Shown: positions 1 to 13,605, numbered from the stretch's first letter. The stretch is 64,000 nucleotides of DNA from Octopus sinensis (GCF_006345805.1 NC_043013.1:53196001-53260000), one strand, 5' to 3'. Notes: a model not told the origin generated them from the letters alone. Numbers and translations: made by a program.

Positions 1-59
1 GAGATCAAAGGAACTTGCGCTCCCCCTTTGGTCTAAAATCACCATGTGTAGTGTGAGTA

Positions 60-359
60 TGTATACACAAGCATACATACGCACACACACACATGCACGC
101 ACACACATGCACGCACACACATGTATGCATGTATGCATATAGGCACATGCGCATATACATACATATGCATATATATATACATATATATATACATATGTAT
201 ATATATATGTAAATATATATATATATATATACATGTATATACTTATATACATGCCTACATATACATACCTATATATATCTGTGCGTGTGTAGGTATCTAT
301 ATGTATAGGTATGTAAATATTAATATATATATATATATAGATATATATATATATATTAT

Positions 360-404
<45 letters not shown>

Positions 405-405
405 G
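60..405. repeat. (CA)n/(TA)n compound microsatellite
   Basis: Direct reading; source of the Y/I-rich spurious ORF 121..405. Confidence 0.95.
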
Positions 406-800
406 TTGGATGAATGGATAGACCAAAGTAATGTTTAAGGATGCGTATGAAAAGAAATGGGAACTACAATAAGAAAAGGAAGTGCCAAACGTTACGATGA
501 CAAGCATACATGCAAACGCATTGGAATATAGGTATTTAGTTTTATATGCGAAGTGGTGCTGAATATTGCCGGGATTTAAGTGTGTCGCGAATGACCTGGC
601 TGGAGCCCAAACTAGCGAGTTCTTTTCTAGGGCTTAGAAACACCGAAGGACCGCTGCAATAAGTGTGTGAATCTGAGAGAGGAATGTGTTCAATAAAAAT
701 CATAATTAAGTAATCTGCCTGTATATTCAGAAATATTACATTTCTAAATCTCTCATAGAGATATGTACGGTGGTGGGGCGATAGAATGGTTGTATACTGT

Positions 801-985
801 CAATCTAACGTGAACGTGACAGTAGGGGGTTACACCACCGCTGTTTAGCCCTAGGAAGCATCGACATTTCGTAAATGTATATAAGGCCACAGGAAAAATG
901 TGTCGAAGCCAGCAGGAAGCGTCGATTCTTCCTAGGGCTAAACAGCGGTGGTGTAACCCCCTACTGTCACGTTCACGATAGATTG
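801..985. repeat. Fold-back inverted repeat (65-bp arms, 55-bp spacer), CCAGGAA-motif family
   Basis: caatctaacgtgaacgtgacagtagggggttacaccaccgctgtttagccctaggaagcatcgac (801-865) is the near-perfect reverse complement of 921-985. Confidence 0.9.
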
Positions 986-1480
986 CCTGTATATTCTTTT
1001 AGTCAAAGCCAGGAACTATCCAGCACCCCCTTGTACATGTTCATATCTAAGCATAAACCTATGTATGTATGTATGTATGTATGTATGTATGTGTGTATGC
1101 ATGTGTGTATGTGTGCGTGTGTGTGTGTGTATACATATAGACATTTGTGTGTACCTTATATGTCATATGCAACACGTACCAACTCTTCGAAACCAGTGGC
1201 ATATGAATACTCGCATTAAAAGAGTTCAACGGAAAACACATGCTAAACAAAGTACCTCGGGGCTGCAAAATAGTCTATGCGATAAAAGTTGGAATATACT
1301 TGAAGAATTCAAAATATGTTACGCAAGACAATTATCTTTATAATCACCTACCATCGAGGTATATACCAATCACGTGTCTGTGCAAGTCCTAGTCGCAGCG
1401 AACGTCATTTTACTGGTCGTTAACAATATAATGTCAATGTCGGTATGCCAGTGAAGTAGTTGACATTTGATGAGAAATAA

Positions 1481-1785
1481 TCTTTATATATAAAATTAAC
1501 GTTGTGTGTGTGAGACTCTGTCTCCTCCGATTTAGATTCCTAACTACTCCCACATTTTGCGGTGCAGTTTAACCAAAAGCGGGTATCTTATAGTCGTCAT
1601 TCATATCGAGCCCTTCTGCGTATTAGCGCGCGTCTACGATGAGTCTACGATTAAAAAAAAAAATTACCATCATTTTTCCGCATTTTTAATGATTTTTGCT
1701 CGGGTTATATAAAGGAAGTAACTCTCTAAAATGCTTATATAGTTATTTCCCTTACAAACCCGAGCAACGCGAGTGATACTGCTAG
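1481..1785 (+). mobile_element. Non-autonomous Helitron
   Basis: Starts A|TCTTTATATATAAAA, ends with a GC-rich subterminal hairpin remnant then CTAG|T; inserted in an AT dinucleotide without TSD; second copy at 62322-62712. Confidence 0.85.
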
Positions 1786-2317
1786 TTAAATAGAAAGACG
1801 TAACGTGTACGCCATCACTAACCTAGTTCCTTCCGCTTTTGTTATTGCTGTCTGCTAAATATCTCAAATATGACGGTGAATATGTGATATAGGCTAAAGG
1901 TGGCTTAACGTGTATACACATACAAACAGACACACGAACGCACACTTACACATACACATACGTTTATGCTTAGGTCGTACGATCATAAGCTCAATACTCA
2001 GCAGCGCGTTGTGCCCAGAGCAAAATATTATATTTCTCTTGCTTCAGACCACTATATTATATATAATCCAAGGTGGAGAAATGGCGTACTCCGAAAGAAA
2101 AAGGTCACGTAACCCAATGATAGAGAGAAATCCGTGAATCAGGTACTGCGAAACAGTCAGAAGGACGAGTCCGGTCCGTTTGAGCGTGCAGTGGATTGTC
2201 AATTCAAAGAACACACAATTAAAAAACAGAAGGAACACGAAAGAAAAAAAAACGAAGGTGAGGACGTGTCCAAGAAATATATTAATTTGACGCTCGGTGA
2301 AAGGAGAGAATCTGTTG

Positions 2318-2705
2318 TTTTATTCTTTTATTTGGTTCAGGCATTTGACTGCGGCCATGCTGGAGCACTGCCTTTAGTCGAACAATTGGAAACCAGGACT
2401 TATGCTTTGTAAGCGTAGTACTTAATCTATCGGTCTCTTTTGCCGAACCGCTAAGTTACGGGTACGTAAACACACCAGCATCAGTTGTCAAGCGATGGTG
2501 CCGTGACAAATACGTACACACACACACAAGCACACACATATACGACGGGCTTCTTTCAGTTTCCGGCTGCCAAGTCAACTCACAAGGTTTGGTCGGCCCG
2601 AGGCTATAGTAGAAGACACTTGCCCAAGGTGGCACGTAGTGGGACTGAACCCGGAGCCATATGATTGGTAAGCAAGCTACTTACCACACAACCACGCCGA
2701 CGCCT
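2318..2705 (-). mobile_element. tRNA-derived SINE family A (internal CA microsatellite)
   Basis: Minus strand reads A-box TGGTTGTGTGG and B-box GGTTCAGTCCC, then ccttgggcaagtgtcttc core and a tail matching ccagcatggccgcagtcaaatg; multiple copies in window. Confidence 0.9.
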
Positions 2706-2919
2706 GAGCATAGATCTTCGTCGGAAAAATGAACGTACAAATAAGGACAATAAGGAAAAATCACCAACAATCCACGTGCGGTTTTATATGCTTTTATGGT
2801 TTTACTGGTTTCAAGAATTACACTACTTTCATGCTGGGGCATCCTTTTGAATATATATATACATAAATAAGATATATTAAATGTCTGGCGAGATAAAAAG
2901 AGTAGCAATACAGAATCGT

Positions 2920-3097
2920 AACACTTATTTGCGAGACAAGTGTGGCGTCCTATACAGGGGAATGGTACTGACGTTTATAGCTCCAGGAAGACATCTCTTA
3001 CATCGTTAGTCAGTTGGAAAAGATGTCTTCCTGGGGCTATAAACGTCAGTCCCACTCCCCTGTATAGAATGCCACACTTGGTTGGCAATTATATGTT
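2920..3097. repeat. Fold-back inverted repeat (~80-bp arms), CCAGGAA-motif family
   Basis: caagtgtggcgtcctatacagggg...gtttatagctccaggaagacatct pairs with agatgtcttcctggggctataaac...cccctgtatagaatgccacacttg. Confidence 0.88.
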
Positions 3098-3504
3098 AAT
3101 ATATATATACATATTAGAGGGAAAACACTATGTGGACATCCTTATGCTAGAAATAGATCCGCTATGGTCTTACCACTAACAAATGTTCTCAAGAAAAATT
3201 TAGCAAAACAATCATATATATATATATATATATAATATATATATATATGCATGTAATTTTAGATAAAAATAAACATCTGTGCATCATACGTAAGACAAAT
3301 ACATTTTATTTTCGAGTCTATTCATATTTTGATGACGAGTTTGCTGGTCTCATATAATGTATTAGTGACTCTTATAAGCTGCAAAGTTGGAACGTGTGGC
3401 GTCAGGTGGGCCATTAATCAAATCCTCGATTACAACATTGAAAAGAATATATCGGGAAATCTTAAAGTAATTATATGTGCACCACATACAGGCACACGCA
3501 CACA

Positions 3505-3550
<46 letters not shown>

Positions 3551-3608
3551 ACAGCCCCTCATTCATACATAAATACATACATATAAAGTTATAATATAAG
3601 TGTTATAT

Positions 3609-3639
<31 letters not shown>

Positions 3640-3942
3640 CACATGTGTGTGTGTGTTTGTGCGTACGGGTAAATTGATATATATAAATATAGGTGATACA
3701 CATACATAAAGATTCCACACAAACACACCACTACATACATATATATATATTATATATATAATATATATAATATATATGTGACGAGCGAAAATCTTTGCAT
3801 ATTACTTTTGCACATCTCCAATATAAAACATAACCACAAGCACACACACAGGCACACACAAACACACACACACACACACACACACATGCGCCTGCCTTTG
3901 TAACTATCTATTTATCACCTAAATATATATATAATATATATA

Positions 3943-4037
<95 letters not shown>

Positions 4038-4352
4038 TATATTATATACATGTATTTATACATACTTGTATGCCGCACCCTTTCTCACGGAAGTATTTCT
4101 TGTGGGCGTTTATGCAGATATCTCATTAATATATGTCTTTATTTCGTGAGTAAAACGTTGTAGTACTCAAACCCCAAACACCTAATTATGTTCAATCGGG
4201 AACGAAACCAGCAATTTTTACTTCCGTTCGTTTTGTATTCAGCAATTCCAGTTGGGTCGGTATTAAATCTCGGTTCCTTTCCGATATCTCCAAGAACCAA
4301 ATACTGAAATCACAATTTTGCTCTAGAAAAACGCTTAGTTTCCGAATTCATG

Positions 4353-4394
<42 letters not shown>

Positions 4395-6534
4395 CACATA
4401 CACACTAAGGCAAACACGCGCGCACACACACACACACACACGCACACAAACTCACTGATCTTGAATGGACTTGAGAATTTGGGTTTGCGCTATTGTCATA
4501 ATTGTGGTGTAACTTGCTAAGTTAAGTTACGCTGTTTAAAAAAGAAATTTCGTAGGAATAAATCCAGTTGTGTGAAAGGGGAGTAAGCAGAACTACAAAT
4601 AAATAAGAAGGAAAAAAATTATCAAAGAAGAACACGATTGGAAGATTGAGCGAGCGTTATATTTAAATATATGAACAAAACAAATATGGCGTCCTTCCAT
4701 TAAGAGGGAAGCTGTAATGTCACGTGCCGTATATCAAACGTCCAAAATAAATTCCGCCTTTCTTTTATCTCATCTCATATAACGTTTATTCCACTCCCTA
4801 AATATTTTTGATTATTATCATATGAACTATTCGCTATTTTGGGTTGATAATCGGATATTATATATTTCGCAGTGAACGGTAATTTCCTTTAAAGGGAGAC
4901 AATCTGTTAAGTTATTTCCAATTTTAGAAATGTATCCTACCCTATTTCACCGCCTCACCATTGCCATAACCAGTACAATTATAATTAGATATGCTGCCAA
5001 TATTAAAGGCCATTTTGTATTTTTTCGTCACATCTTTCTGTTGCTCTAGAAATGCTTCACGGCAACATGTTAAAGTTGCTTTTTTTCTTCTCCGTAGCTC
5101 TCAATAAATTTCTGAATTTAGCAATCGGTGTGCCGAAAAATCTGTGTGTTTTATTGTTTGACTTGTTAATGGGCTTAGCAAGTAAATATCTCTTTCTTTC
5201 TCTAAGGATCTGTGAACTGTTTTGCTTGTCTCTTCTTGTCACACACTGTAGCCTCAAAACTCCTAGCTCTGATCGTAATTACCAATCAATCAATCAGTCA
5301 CAGATATACACACACAAACACACACACAGATATGATTACATACGTACTGTATTCATATACCTACAGCTTTATGTATATATAGATGTAAATATTGTTGTAT
5401 TTCGGGGTGGTCATATTTTTTCTTCTTACGAAATAAACACACGCACTATATATTCGTTCTACACTCGTTTATTACTGTTCTTATTTTAACTCATGTCTTT
5501 TGTCCGGAAATCTTTCCCCGCACATCTGTGACCTCTTCAGTGACACTTTCCGTCCTCATTTGTGCTGCTGCTCTGCTTATTCCATTCTGTTCTCCTATGT
5601 GTATCCTTGTATGCTCATGCGTTTGCACCTGTGTTTGAGTGTGTCTGTACATATGTGTGTGTATGTGTGTGTCTCTTTGTAGCACTACGACTCTCACCTC
5701 ACCCACGACTCCTCTCCCGTTGCCGCTGTTGCTGCCTTGCCCCCGACTTTTGGTACCGTTCCTGTATCCCTCTGTGTTTGTGTGTTCACCCACGCTGCTG
5801 CTATTGTGGTAGTTATTGTTGTCGTTGTTGGTCGCGTTGTTGATGTTGTTGGTCACGTTTGTGAAGTTATTGTGTGTCTGTGTGTGTATGTGTGTGTGTG
5901 GGGGGGTCCTAACTATATTGTTTGCATCCATGCCCTTTATACAGTTATTTTTCTGTGTTTATCTATTCATCTGTATTTCTTATATTTATCCATTGTGCAT
6001 ATTTGTCCATTGTGTGTGTATTACACTTTATCTGTTTACTTATTTATTTTCTCTCTCATCTCTTTAGTCGTGATGTTGCTTGGTGTGGTGGTGGGTGTTG
6101 TATTCGTGTCTATTGCTATGTGTGTAGCCTCTGTGATCTCTCTAAGTGTCGTGTCATTTCTATACGCTGATAATACCTTAACCTCTATGTTATTAAACGA
6201 ACCGCTATGTTCTGTTGGTAGTGTACTGACGAGCCTTTCTCTTCTTTGAATTCCCGCCAGTGTACCGCCTATACACTCCCCTATGATGTGTGCTGTCTCT
6301 CCAATGTGAGTAGATGTTTTGCGCGCTTATACGTTGAATGCATTTCAGATAGTGTTAACAGTAAGTATTCTAGTTCCAATTCATTGAATTATACAAGCGT
6401 TTGCTTAACATTCAGATATTTGTTAACGAGACACAAATCCCTGGCAGAATCAACGAGATATTACGTGTCAAGGCTTGACCTGTTGCCATACCTTCATATG
6501 CGAGTATTCCCAATATCCGGCATTTTCCAATTTT

Positions 6535-6655
6535 ACCCACAATTTCTTATTCGACCTTCGGCTATGATAAAAGACACTTGTAAATAGTGCGTAACCTGTG
6601 ATTGAACATGGCACATCGGGTATATGAAACGAACTTAACCATACGGCCTAGCCTG
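6535..6655 (-). mobile_element. Degenerate SINE family A head fragment
   Basis: ggctatgataaaagacacttg...attgaacatgg...ttaaccatacggcc resembles the family A 5' region. Confidence 0.55.
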
Positions 6656-7681
6656 TGTCACCTATCATATCTACATCATAGTTCACAGTTACACGTGCAC
6701 ACACATATCTATACGCTCTCACTACGCATGTGACTTTATATATGCGTACATATTTATCCGTCACTCGCGAGCGAGTATAAATCCGCTTATGTGTATCTTG
6801 CTTGTGCTGATTGTTTTAGTTGCCTGTGCAGTCGGGAGCAGATACCGGCGCCCTCTGAGCCTGTCCTTGGCCCAGAAGAACATATAGGATGAGACAGCTG
6901 GAGAGAACGAGAGCGAGAAAGAGAGGGGGATAGAGAGAGAGGTGGTGAATAAGAGCGCAAGAGAGGAAGAGAGAGAAAGGGAGCGAAAGGCAAAGAGAGC
7001 AAGTGAGAGAAACAAAAAGGGAGAGAAAAAAAGAGAGGGGACTGCACAAGCAGTGGGTAGGTACACATTTACAGCTGAGTAGACTGGTGTAGCATAAATT
7101 AGGATGCATGGCTCAAGAACGCTACATACCATCCTGTCCTAGAACCGAACACATAACCGTATTAGCGTGTATCTAACACGCTAACCCCAAAGCCACGTGT
7201 CTTCCCAATATGCGCATATAAATATACCATACATACAGACACGTGTGTCTGAAAAATAACATTTCTATTTAATTCAGTGTTCACTATTTAGAACTTTTAA
7301 AGAATTTACTGAAGTATTCTTGAGGAAATTCTATAAAATCGACCGGTTTTAGACCCGTTACTCAGAATGGCTGTCTCAGTCTCTCTTCGTTCTTTCTATA
7401 TTTAAATATTTTTTAAAGCAATTTCCTTTGCCTATTGATGCGTGCACGAACTTTCCCTTCTGTTCTGCTCCTCCTCCACCATCCTTTTTTTTCCATTATG
7501 CATCTTAGAAGGTTTCTTATTTCTAAGCAAACAATTGTTGCAGGAAATTATATTAAAACATCAAATCTATAACTACAAAAATTAACATAGATAAATATCA
7601 ATATATAACTTTGTCAAACTAGGTTTTCTTTTTTTTTTTAAAGAAAAAAATTCCAGATGAAAAATCAATAACGACAAACGA

Positions 7682-7684
<3 letters not shown>

Positions 7685-7746
<62 letters not shown>

Positions 7747-7749
7747 TGA

Positions 7750-7780
<31 letters not shown>

Positions 7781-7973
7781 ACGAAGAAGAAGAAAAGAAG
7801 AAGAAGAAGAAGAAGAAGAAAGAAGAAGAAGAAGAAGAAGACGAAGAAGAAGAAGAAAGAAGAAGAAGAAGACGAAGAAGAAGAAGACGAAGAAGAAGAA
7901 GAAGAAGAAGAAGAAGAAGAAGAAGAAGAAGAAGAAGAAGAAGAAGAAGAAGAAGAAGAAGAAGAAGAAGAAG

Positions 7974-8002
<29 letters not shown>
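7685..8002. repeat. (AAT)n + (AAG)n compound microsatellite
   Basis: Direct reading. Confidence 0.97.
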
Positions 8003-8005
<3 letters not shown>

Positions 8006-8177
8006 TAGTATTACAGAAATATAGTATTATAGACTTAAAGATCATTGTTTCCACTCAGCGCTAAAATAAATATTTGTTTGTTGGTAACTGGTGTTATTAT
8101 CTCTAAATATAATACTAAAATAACTAGTACTAGATTTGAGTATTTGTATTATGCCTACATTACTGTAAACTGATGTT

Positions 8178-8470
8178 GCGTGGCCTAGTGCTAAGAGTGT
8201 TGCACTGACAATCGTGAGATTGCGATTTCGATTACTGTACCGGGCGGCATGTTGCGTTCCGCAGGAAAAAATTAATTTAAGACTGCTTTACTTTCACTTC
8301 AACAGCTGAGTTGTAGTACACCGCGCACCTGCACAGGTAATGTCGATTTGATGCAGGGGCTTGCGGTAAAGTACATCAGAAATATTCGACCGCTACAAAT
8401 GAACCATCTGTGCAGTTGTTCAGCAAGAAATTTCTGGAACCTTCATCAGTCGGCCACTGATAGTATTATA
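8178..8470 (+). mobile_element. Degenerate tRNA-head SINE (family D)
   Basis: gcgtggcctagtgctaag A-box and gatttcgattact B-box-like; head similar to the SINE at 35550. Confidence 0.55.
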
Positions 8471-8496
8471 CTATAGATATAATAATTGTCGATGAA

Positions 8497-9058
8497 AGGA
8501 GGCGAACTGGCACGCCGTGCGAAATACTTTGCGGTATTCCGTCCGCCGCTGCGCTCTGAGTTCAAATTCCGCCGAGGTCGATTTTTGCTTTACATCCATT
8601 CGGGGTCGATTAAATAAGTACTAGTTACGCACTGGGTTCGATATAATCGACTTAATCCATTTGTCTGTCCTTGTTTTTCCCTTCTGTGTTTGGCCCCTTG
8701 TGGGTAATAAAGAAATAGAAATAGGTAATTCGTCTGCTGTTACGTTCTGAGTTCAAATTCCACCGAGGTCGACTTTGCCTTTCATTATTTCGGTGTGGAT
8801 TAAATAAGTACCAGTTACGCACTGGGGTCGATATAATCGTCTTAATCCATTTGTCTGTCCTTCTTTGTCCTCTCTGTGTTTAACCCCCTGTGGGTTGTAA
8901 AGAAATAGGTATTTCATCTGCCGTTACGTTCTGAGTTCAAATTTCGCCGAGGTCGACTTTGCCTTTCATCCTTTCTTCGTCGATAAATTAAGTACCAGTT
9001 GCGTCCTGGGGTCGAGCTAATCGACTGGCCTCCCTTCCCTAAAAATTTCGCGCCTTCT
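8497..9058 (+). mobile_element. SINE family B with 3 internal ~185-bp modules
   Basis: aggcgaactggca head; ctgagttcaaatt..gccgaggtcgactttgcctttcatcc module at ~8560, 8750, 8935. Confidence 0.88.
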
Positions 9059-9444
9059 GGCTGTTACCAATGTGCGTTTTCACATTTTCGGTAATGTTCT
9101 GTTTTGATATAGATATCATTTAATCTTCTACCTTTACGATTCCATGTTCATTTTGACAATATTGGGGAAACATTTTATTCCAGAAAGTAAATAAATGTTT
9201 GCTGTGAATGATGCAATTTTAAAGAATAAATAATTATGATAGAAAGGAAAGAAAGAGGAAGTTGTGGAAAGAAAGAAATGAGCGTAAAGAATGATGTTGG
9301 ATGTGAGATAAGGAGGTGAGATGGGGAGGTGAGAGAGCCGTCGCGAGTGATATTGTGGAGGGAAGTTTCGAAAGGCAGAGGTAAAGAGAATGAAGGAAAA
9401 ACGATACGCAAACAGAATGGAGGCAATATAATGTTTTATATAGA

Positions 9445-9911
9445 GGTGAAGAAGAAGAAGAAGAAGAATAAGAAGAGAAGGAGGAAAAGGAAGATGAAAA
9501 AGGAGAAGAAGAATAGGAAGAAGAAGAAGACGAAGAAGGATGAGGAGGAGGATGACGACAACAAGGAGAAAAAGAAGAGGCTAATGATGATGACGAGGGG
9601 GAGGAACAAAAACAACAGCAACAATAATGATAGTAGTTGTAAAATTAAAAATAATAGTAATAATAATAATAATGATAATAATAATAATAATAATAATAAT
9701 GATAATAATAATAACAATAACAATAATAATGTGACAATAAAATTGATAACTATAATAAATGGGAATAATTTTTATTAGGCATCATAAGTTGTGATTGTTT
9801 GGGAGCAATAACGTTTAGCGTTGTAGAATTCGATTAGCAGATGTTGATAATAATTATGATGGGCATGATTATGATAACAACAACAACAGCAACAACAACA
9901 ACAATAATAAC

Positions 9912-9972
<61 letters not shown>

Positions 9973-9975
9973 TAA
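9445..9975. repeat. (AAG)n/(AAT)n/(AAC)n low-complexity tract
   Basis: Direct reading. Confidence 0.9.
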
Positions 9976-10229
9976 GTGATAATATTAAGTTAATGTAATA
10001 AATTAAAATCCATTATCACAGTTAACTTATTGTGTGATTATGAATTGTGTAATAAATCCATTAACGCCATTTCGAAATGAGATTAATGTTAATGCAGAAG
10101 CATTTCGATATAATCATTTAATCAATACACCTCCCCAACAAAATAATCTGGCCATGTACATATGCTAAAAACTATTGTCATGCTCATTGTCACTCTCACT
10201 GCCGTCGTCGACGACAACGAATCATCATC

Positions 10230-10261
<32 letters not shown>

Positions 10262-10280
10262 CATCATAATTATTATTATT

Positions 10281-10839
10281 GAGTGAGAGAGCAGTTCATG
10301 CCATCAAAGTGACACTGGGGTAAAATATACGAAGCCCAATATACCCATCATGACTACCCGTCTGATAAAGGTACACCAGGCACATGCATCACAACCATAT
10401 GTGCGCGACATGGTGATCTCATATCAAGATAAACAGCACATGATCTTGCAGATGGGGCCCAGTTAGAATTTTCTTCTGATCGAGTAACCCATCCCACTCA
10501 AAAGGTCCCTGAATAAGGATTGTTTAAGGATGTTGAACGAACCACCCGTGTTTCCAAATGTGAATTATCCAAACCTCCAAGAATACCTTTCAACGCATGG
10601 GTACGATGCTCCCCCACTACTTCTGCTCGTGATCAGAGATGCACATATCGTCAGCCACTAAGGAACATGCTCAACTGGTTATGGTCAAACAACTGACAAG
10701 CAAATCTGTGGTATTGAGCAGAATATTTGTTTTAGCCCATCTGGGTACAAACAAAGGCAAAACAGTATACATAAGGACACTTCCAATCAGTTAAGATCAG
10801 AAGCCATGTGACTCACGGCCTGGCACTGAATCAAGGCAT

Positions 10840-10840
<1 letters not shown>
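10281..10840 (-). mobile_element. ~560-bp non-autonomous element embedded in (TAA)n
   Basis: Closely similar to 52197-52637 and 52737-53291; flanked by (ATT)n on both sides; orientation inferred from the shared ...ctctctcactc(aat)n end. Confidence 0.8.
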
Positions 10841-10908
<68 letters not shown>

Positions 10909-10909
10909 G

Positions 10910-11320
10910 AGCTATTCGAAGCAATGATGCATTCTTGTGTTTTGGTGATAAAATGTCTCCTCAAATTTCAAGGATGTCTAAGAATTGTTGTACAACGCAG
11001 AGAGACATCTTTAAAAATTTTTTTCTTTGTTTTACCAGATCAACAACGCATATCTCAATTAGAATATCCTTCAACCTGATAGATAGTAGTTCTGTGTGTT
11101 GTACCAAGTTTACCACTACTGGAATAATTGTTACTCTCTTCACCCACTGTCCTTTCATATTGCTAACTAGGCCCTTATATTAACTTATGGAAAATTTTTT
11201 AAATTATTTTGACACAGTTTTAAATACGGATTTCAGATTGGATAAGGAGTGTCTACCTCGTTAACCGGAATAGAAATATACCCTGTCAGAAATTATGTTA
11301 TTTTATATATCTTAGACTAA
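10910..11320 (-). mobile_element. Decayed 3' end of an R4/Dong-like RLE non-LTR retrotransposon
   Basis: Translation W..VTIIPVVV...LK.I.I resembles the RLE C-terminus of the copies at 22.2 and 32.3 kb; followed by a (TAA)n tail. Confidence 0.55.
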
Positions 11321-11861
11321 AAGATTTTTATAAAATTTACACGCTTTGCAAGACAGATTTAAATGTCTTTTATATACAGATCAATCCACATTTAATCATG
11401 GAAAGAATAAATATATAAATAAACATTTGTAATATAAGGAGTTAAATCCCTTGGAATGAAAAAAACTCGACGGATAACCAGAGGATTCGAACCACGCATT
11501 CTGTGTCACTGGCAAACGTGATAACTTATTGTATCAAAGTGAGATTGAAGCGTTTAAACTGAGGGTTAATTTGAGATAAATGTTAAAGGCACAGAAGATC
11601 CATGATTGGAGCCCACCATTTAGGCTACGAATTATTTTCCATCCAAGGGATTTTCATTCAATATAAGATAAACAATTATTTTGGAGGATATTTTCCTTGT
11701 GATGCATTGTTAAATGACAATTTCCATTGAATGCAGGGATATGTTTTTTATACATTTTATATACATATATAGGTGTGTCTTTGTGTATGTTTTCATGTAT
11801 AAACTATCTATACAGGGATGGTCAAAATTCACGTACCAAAACATTTGACATTTTACATTAC

Positions 11862-11862
<1 letters not shown>

Positions 11863-11937
<75 letters not shown>

Positions 11938-11960
11938 CATTATTATTGTTGTTATTATTA

Positions 11961-11991
<31 letters not shown>

Positions 11992-12010
11992 TTCATTTAT
12001 TTATTTATAT
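11863..12010. repeat. (ATT)n/(ATTT)n microsatellite
   Basis: Direct reading. Confidence 0.95.
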
Positions 12011-12142
12011 TGTTTATTTTGTACAAGTACATGTGTATCCATCATTATCTTATTTTATTTAGATATAGAAAGACTGAAGCATATCTTTGACAATTCCCGA
12101 AAATAATTTGAACTTATTTTGTGTGTTACTTATTACACACAC

Positions 12143-12174
<32 letters not shown>

Positions 12175-12396
12175 CTTTTACTCTTTTACTTGTTTCAGTC
12201 ATTTGACTGCGGCCATGCTGAAGCACCGCCTTTAGTCGAGCAAATCGACCCCGGGACTTATTCTTTGTAAGCCCAGTACTTATTCTATCGGTCTATTTTG
12301 CCGAACCGCTAAGTAACGGGGACGTAAACACACCAGCATCGGTTGTCAAGCAATGCTAGGGGGACATACACAGACACACAAACATATACACACACA

Positions 12397-12436
<40 letters not shown>

Positions 12437-12542
12437 TACGTCTTTCAGTTTCCGTCTACCAAATCCACTCACAAGGCATTGGTCGGCCCGGGGCTATAGC
12501 AGAAGACACTTGCCCAAGCTACTTACCACACAGCCACTCCTG
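12175..12542 (-). mobile_element. SINE family A (deletion in tRNA head)
   Basis: Matches other family A copies; cttgcccaag joined directly to ctacttaccacac. Confidence 0.9.
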
Positions 12543-12571
12543 GGTATAATCAATATAAGGATAGTGCTTTA

Positions 12572-12722
12572 AATAATCCTCTCTACTATAGGCACAGGCT
12601 TGAAAATTGGAATGGAGGGGCTAGTCGATTGCATCGACCCAGTGTTTTCACTGGTACTTAGTTTATCAACCCCGAAAGGATAAAAGGCAAAGTCGACCTT
12701 AACAGAATTTGAGCTCAGAACA
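12572..12722 (-). mobile_element. SINE family B 3' fragment
   Basis: tactataggcacaggcttgaaa...ctagtcgattgcatcgaccc...aaaggcaaagtcgacc. Confidence 0.8.
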
Positions 12723-13572
12723 AAGTTTGACTGTTTGGGATGTACAACATGAGATCACAATTTCAAACAAATCACATCAGAACACTATTTTTCTAATGCT
12801 ACATTGACGTAATTACTCTAAGATGGACTACGTCTACCATCGTTAATGATCTGAGTTTGGAGGGTTATGTTATCCGTGTGGATATCGTGGTGACCCTCAG
12901 TTAAGTTCCAGGGCACGGCTAACCATAATAATATGCTGTATAAAATCGTAAAATAAGAGGAAATAAATTTTCAGGATGAACAAGTCTCCATGTTCTATAC
13001 CATTATATTCATTGCTTATATACATATGAATAAATATATTCGTTTTCTAATTAAGATAATTGCTTGAATACTATGAAAAATTACTATCTCTAATTATGAT
13101 CATGAACATCTTATATAATGGAATTCCAATCTGTCCTTTAGTCTTCCGAAGAAAACAAAAATATTTTTGTAATTAAGACTGGTTTATTAACGCTTTCACA
13201 ATATTTTGTTTCAATATATCAAGGAGAGTGTCTGTATGTGACTGCTCGAACAGCAATATATTCGTCAAATCTCTTACAAATCACGAGTTTACTATCTTTA
13301 AAATGTGAAGTACCCATCGGAAAATAATATTTCTAAATACATCATGTCTTATCCCAAATAAAGACGGGATTGAGTGTCTTAGTTGACGTATTTGTTGACA
13401 TTTGGTTGAATAGCAACAACATTAACGAACAGAATTTCGCCAAACTCCTACCTGGAACTGCATTATGTCAACGTTCAGCCGGAGACCTACATCTTTAATG
13501 TTCACTAGCACAACTTAAGGAAAAATCAAGTCTTCTAGTGACATATATCTCTCATTCACAAACATGAGCAGA

Positions 13573-13605
<33 letters not shown>

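Noticed and set aside
7150-7340. Small hairpins (ttagcgtgt/acacgctaa; ttttaaagaatttactgaag/cttgaggaaattctataaaa)
   Set aside because: Short or AT-rich and could arise by chance; no family context seen
8420-8455. CTGATGA on the minus strand as a hammerhead
   Set aside because: No supportable stems I or III; it lies in a SINE tail
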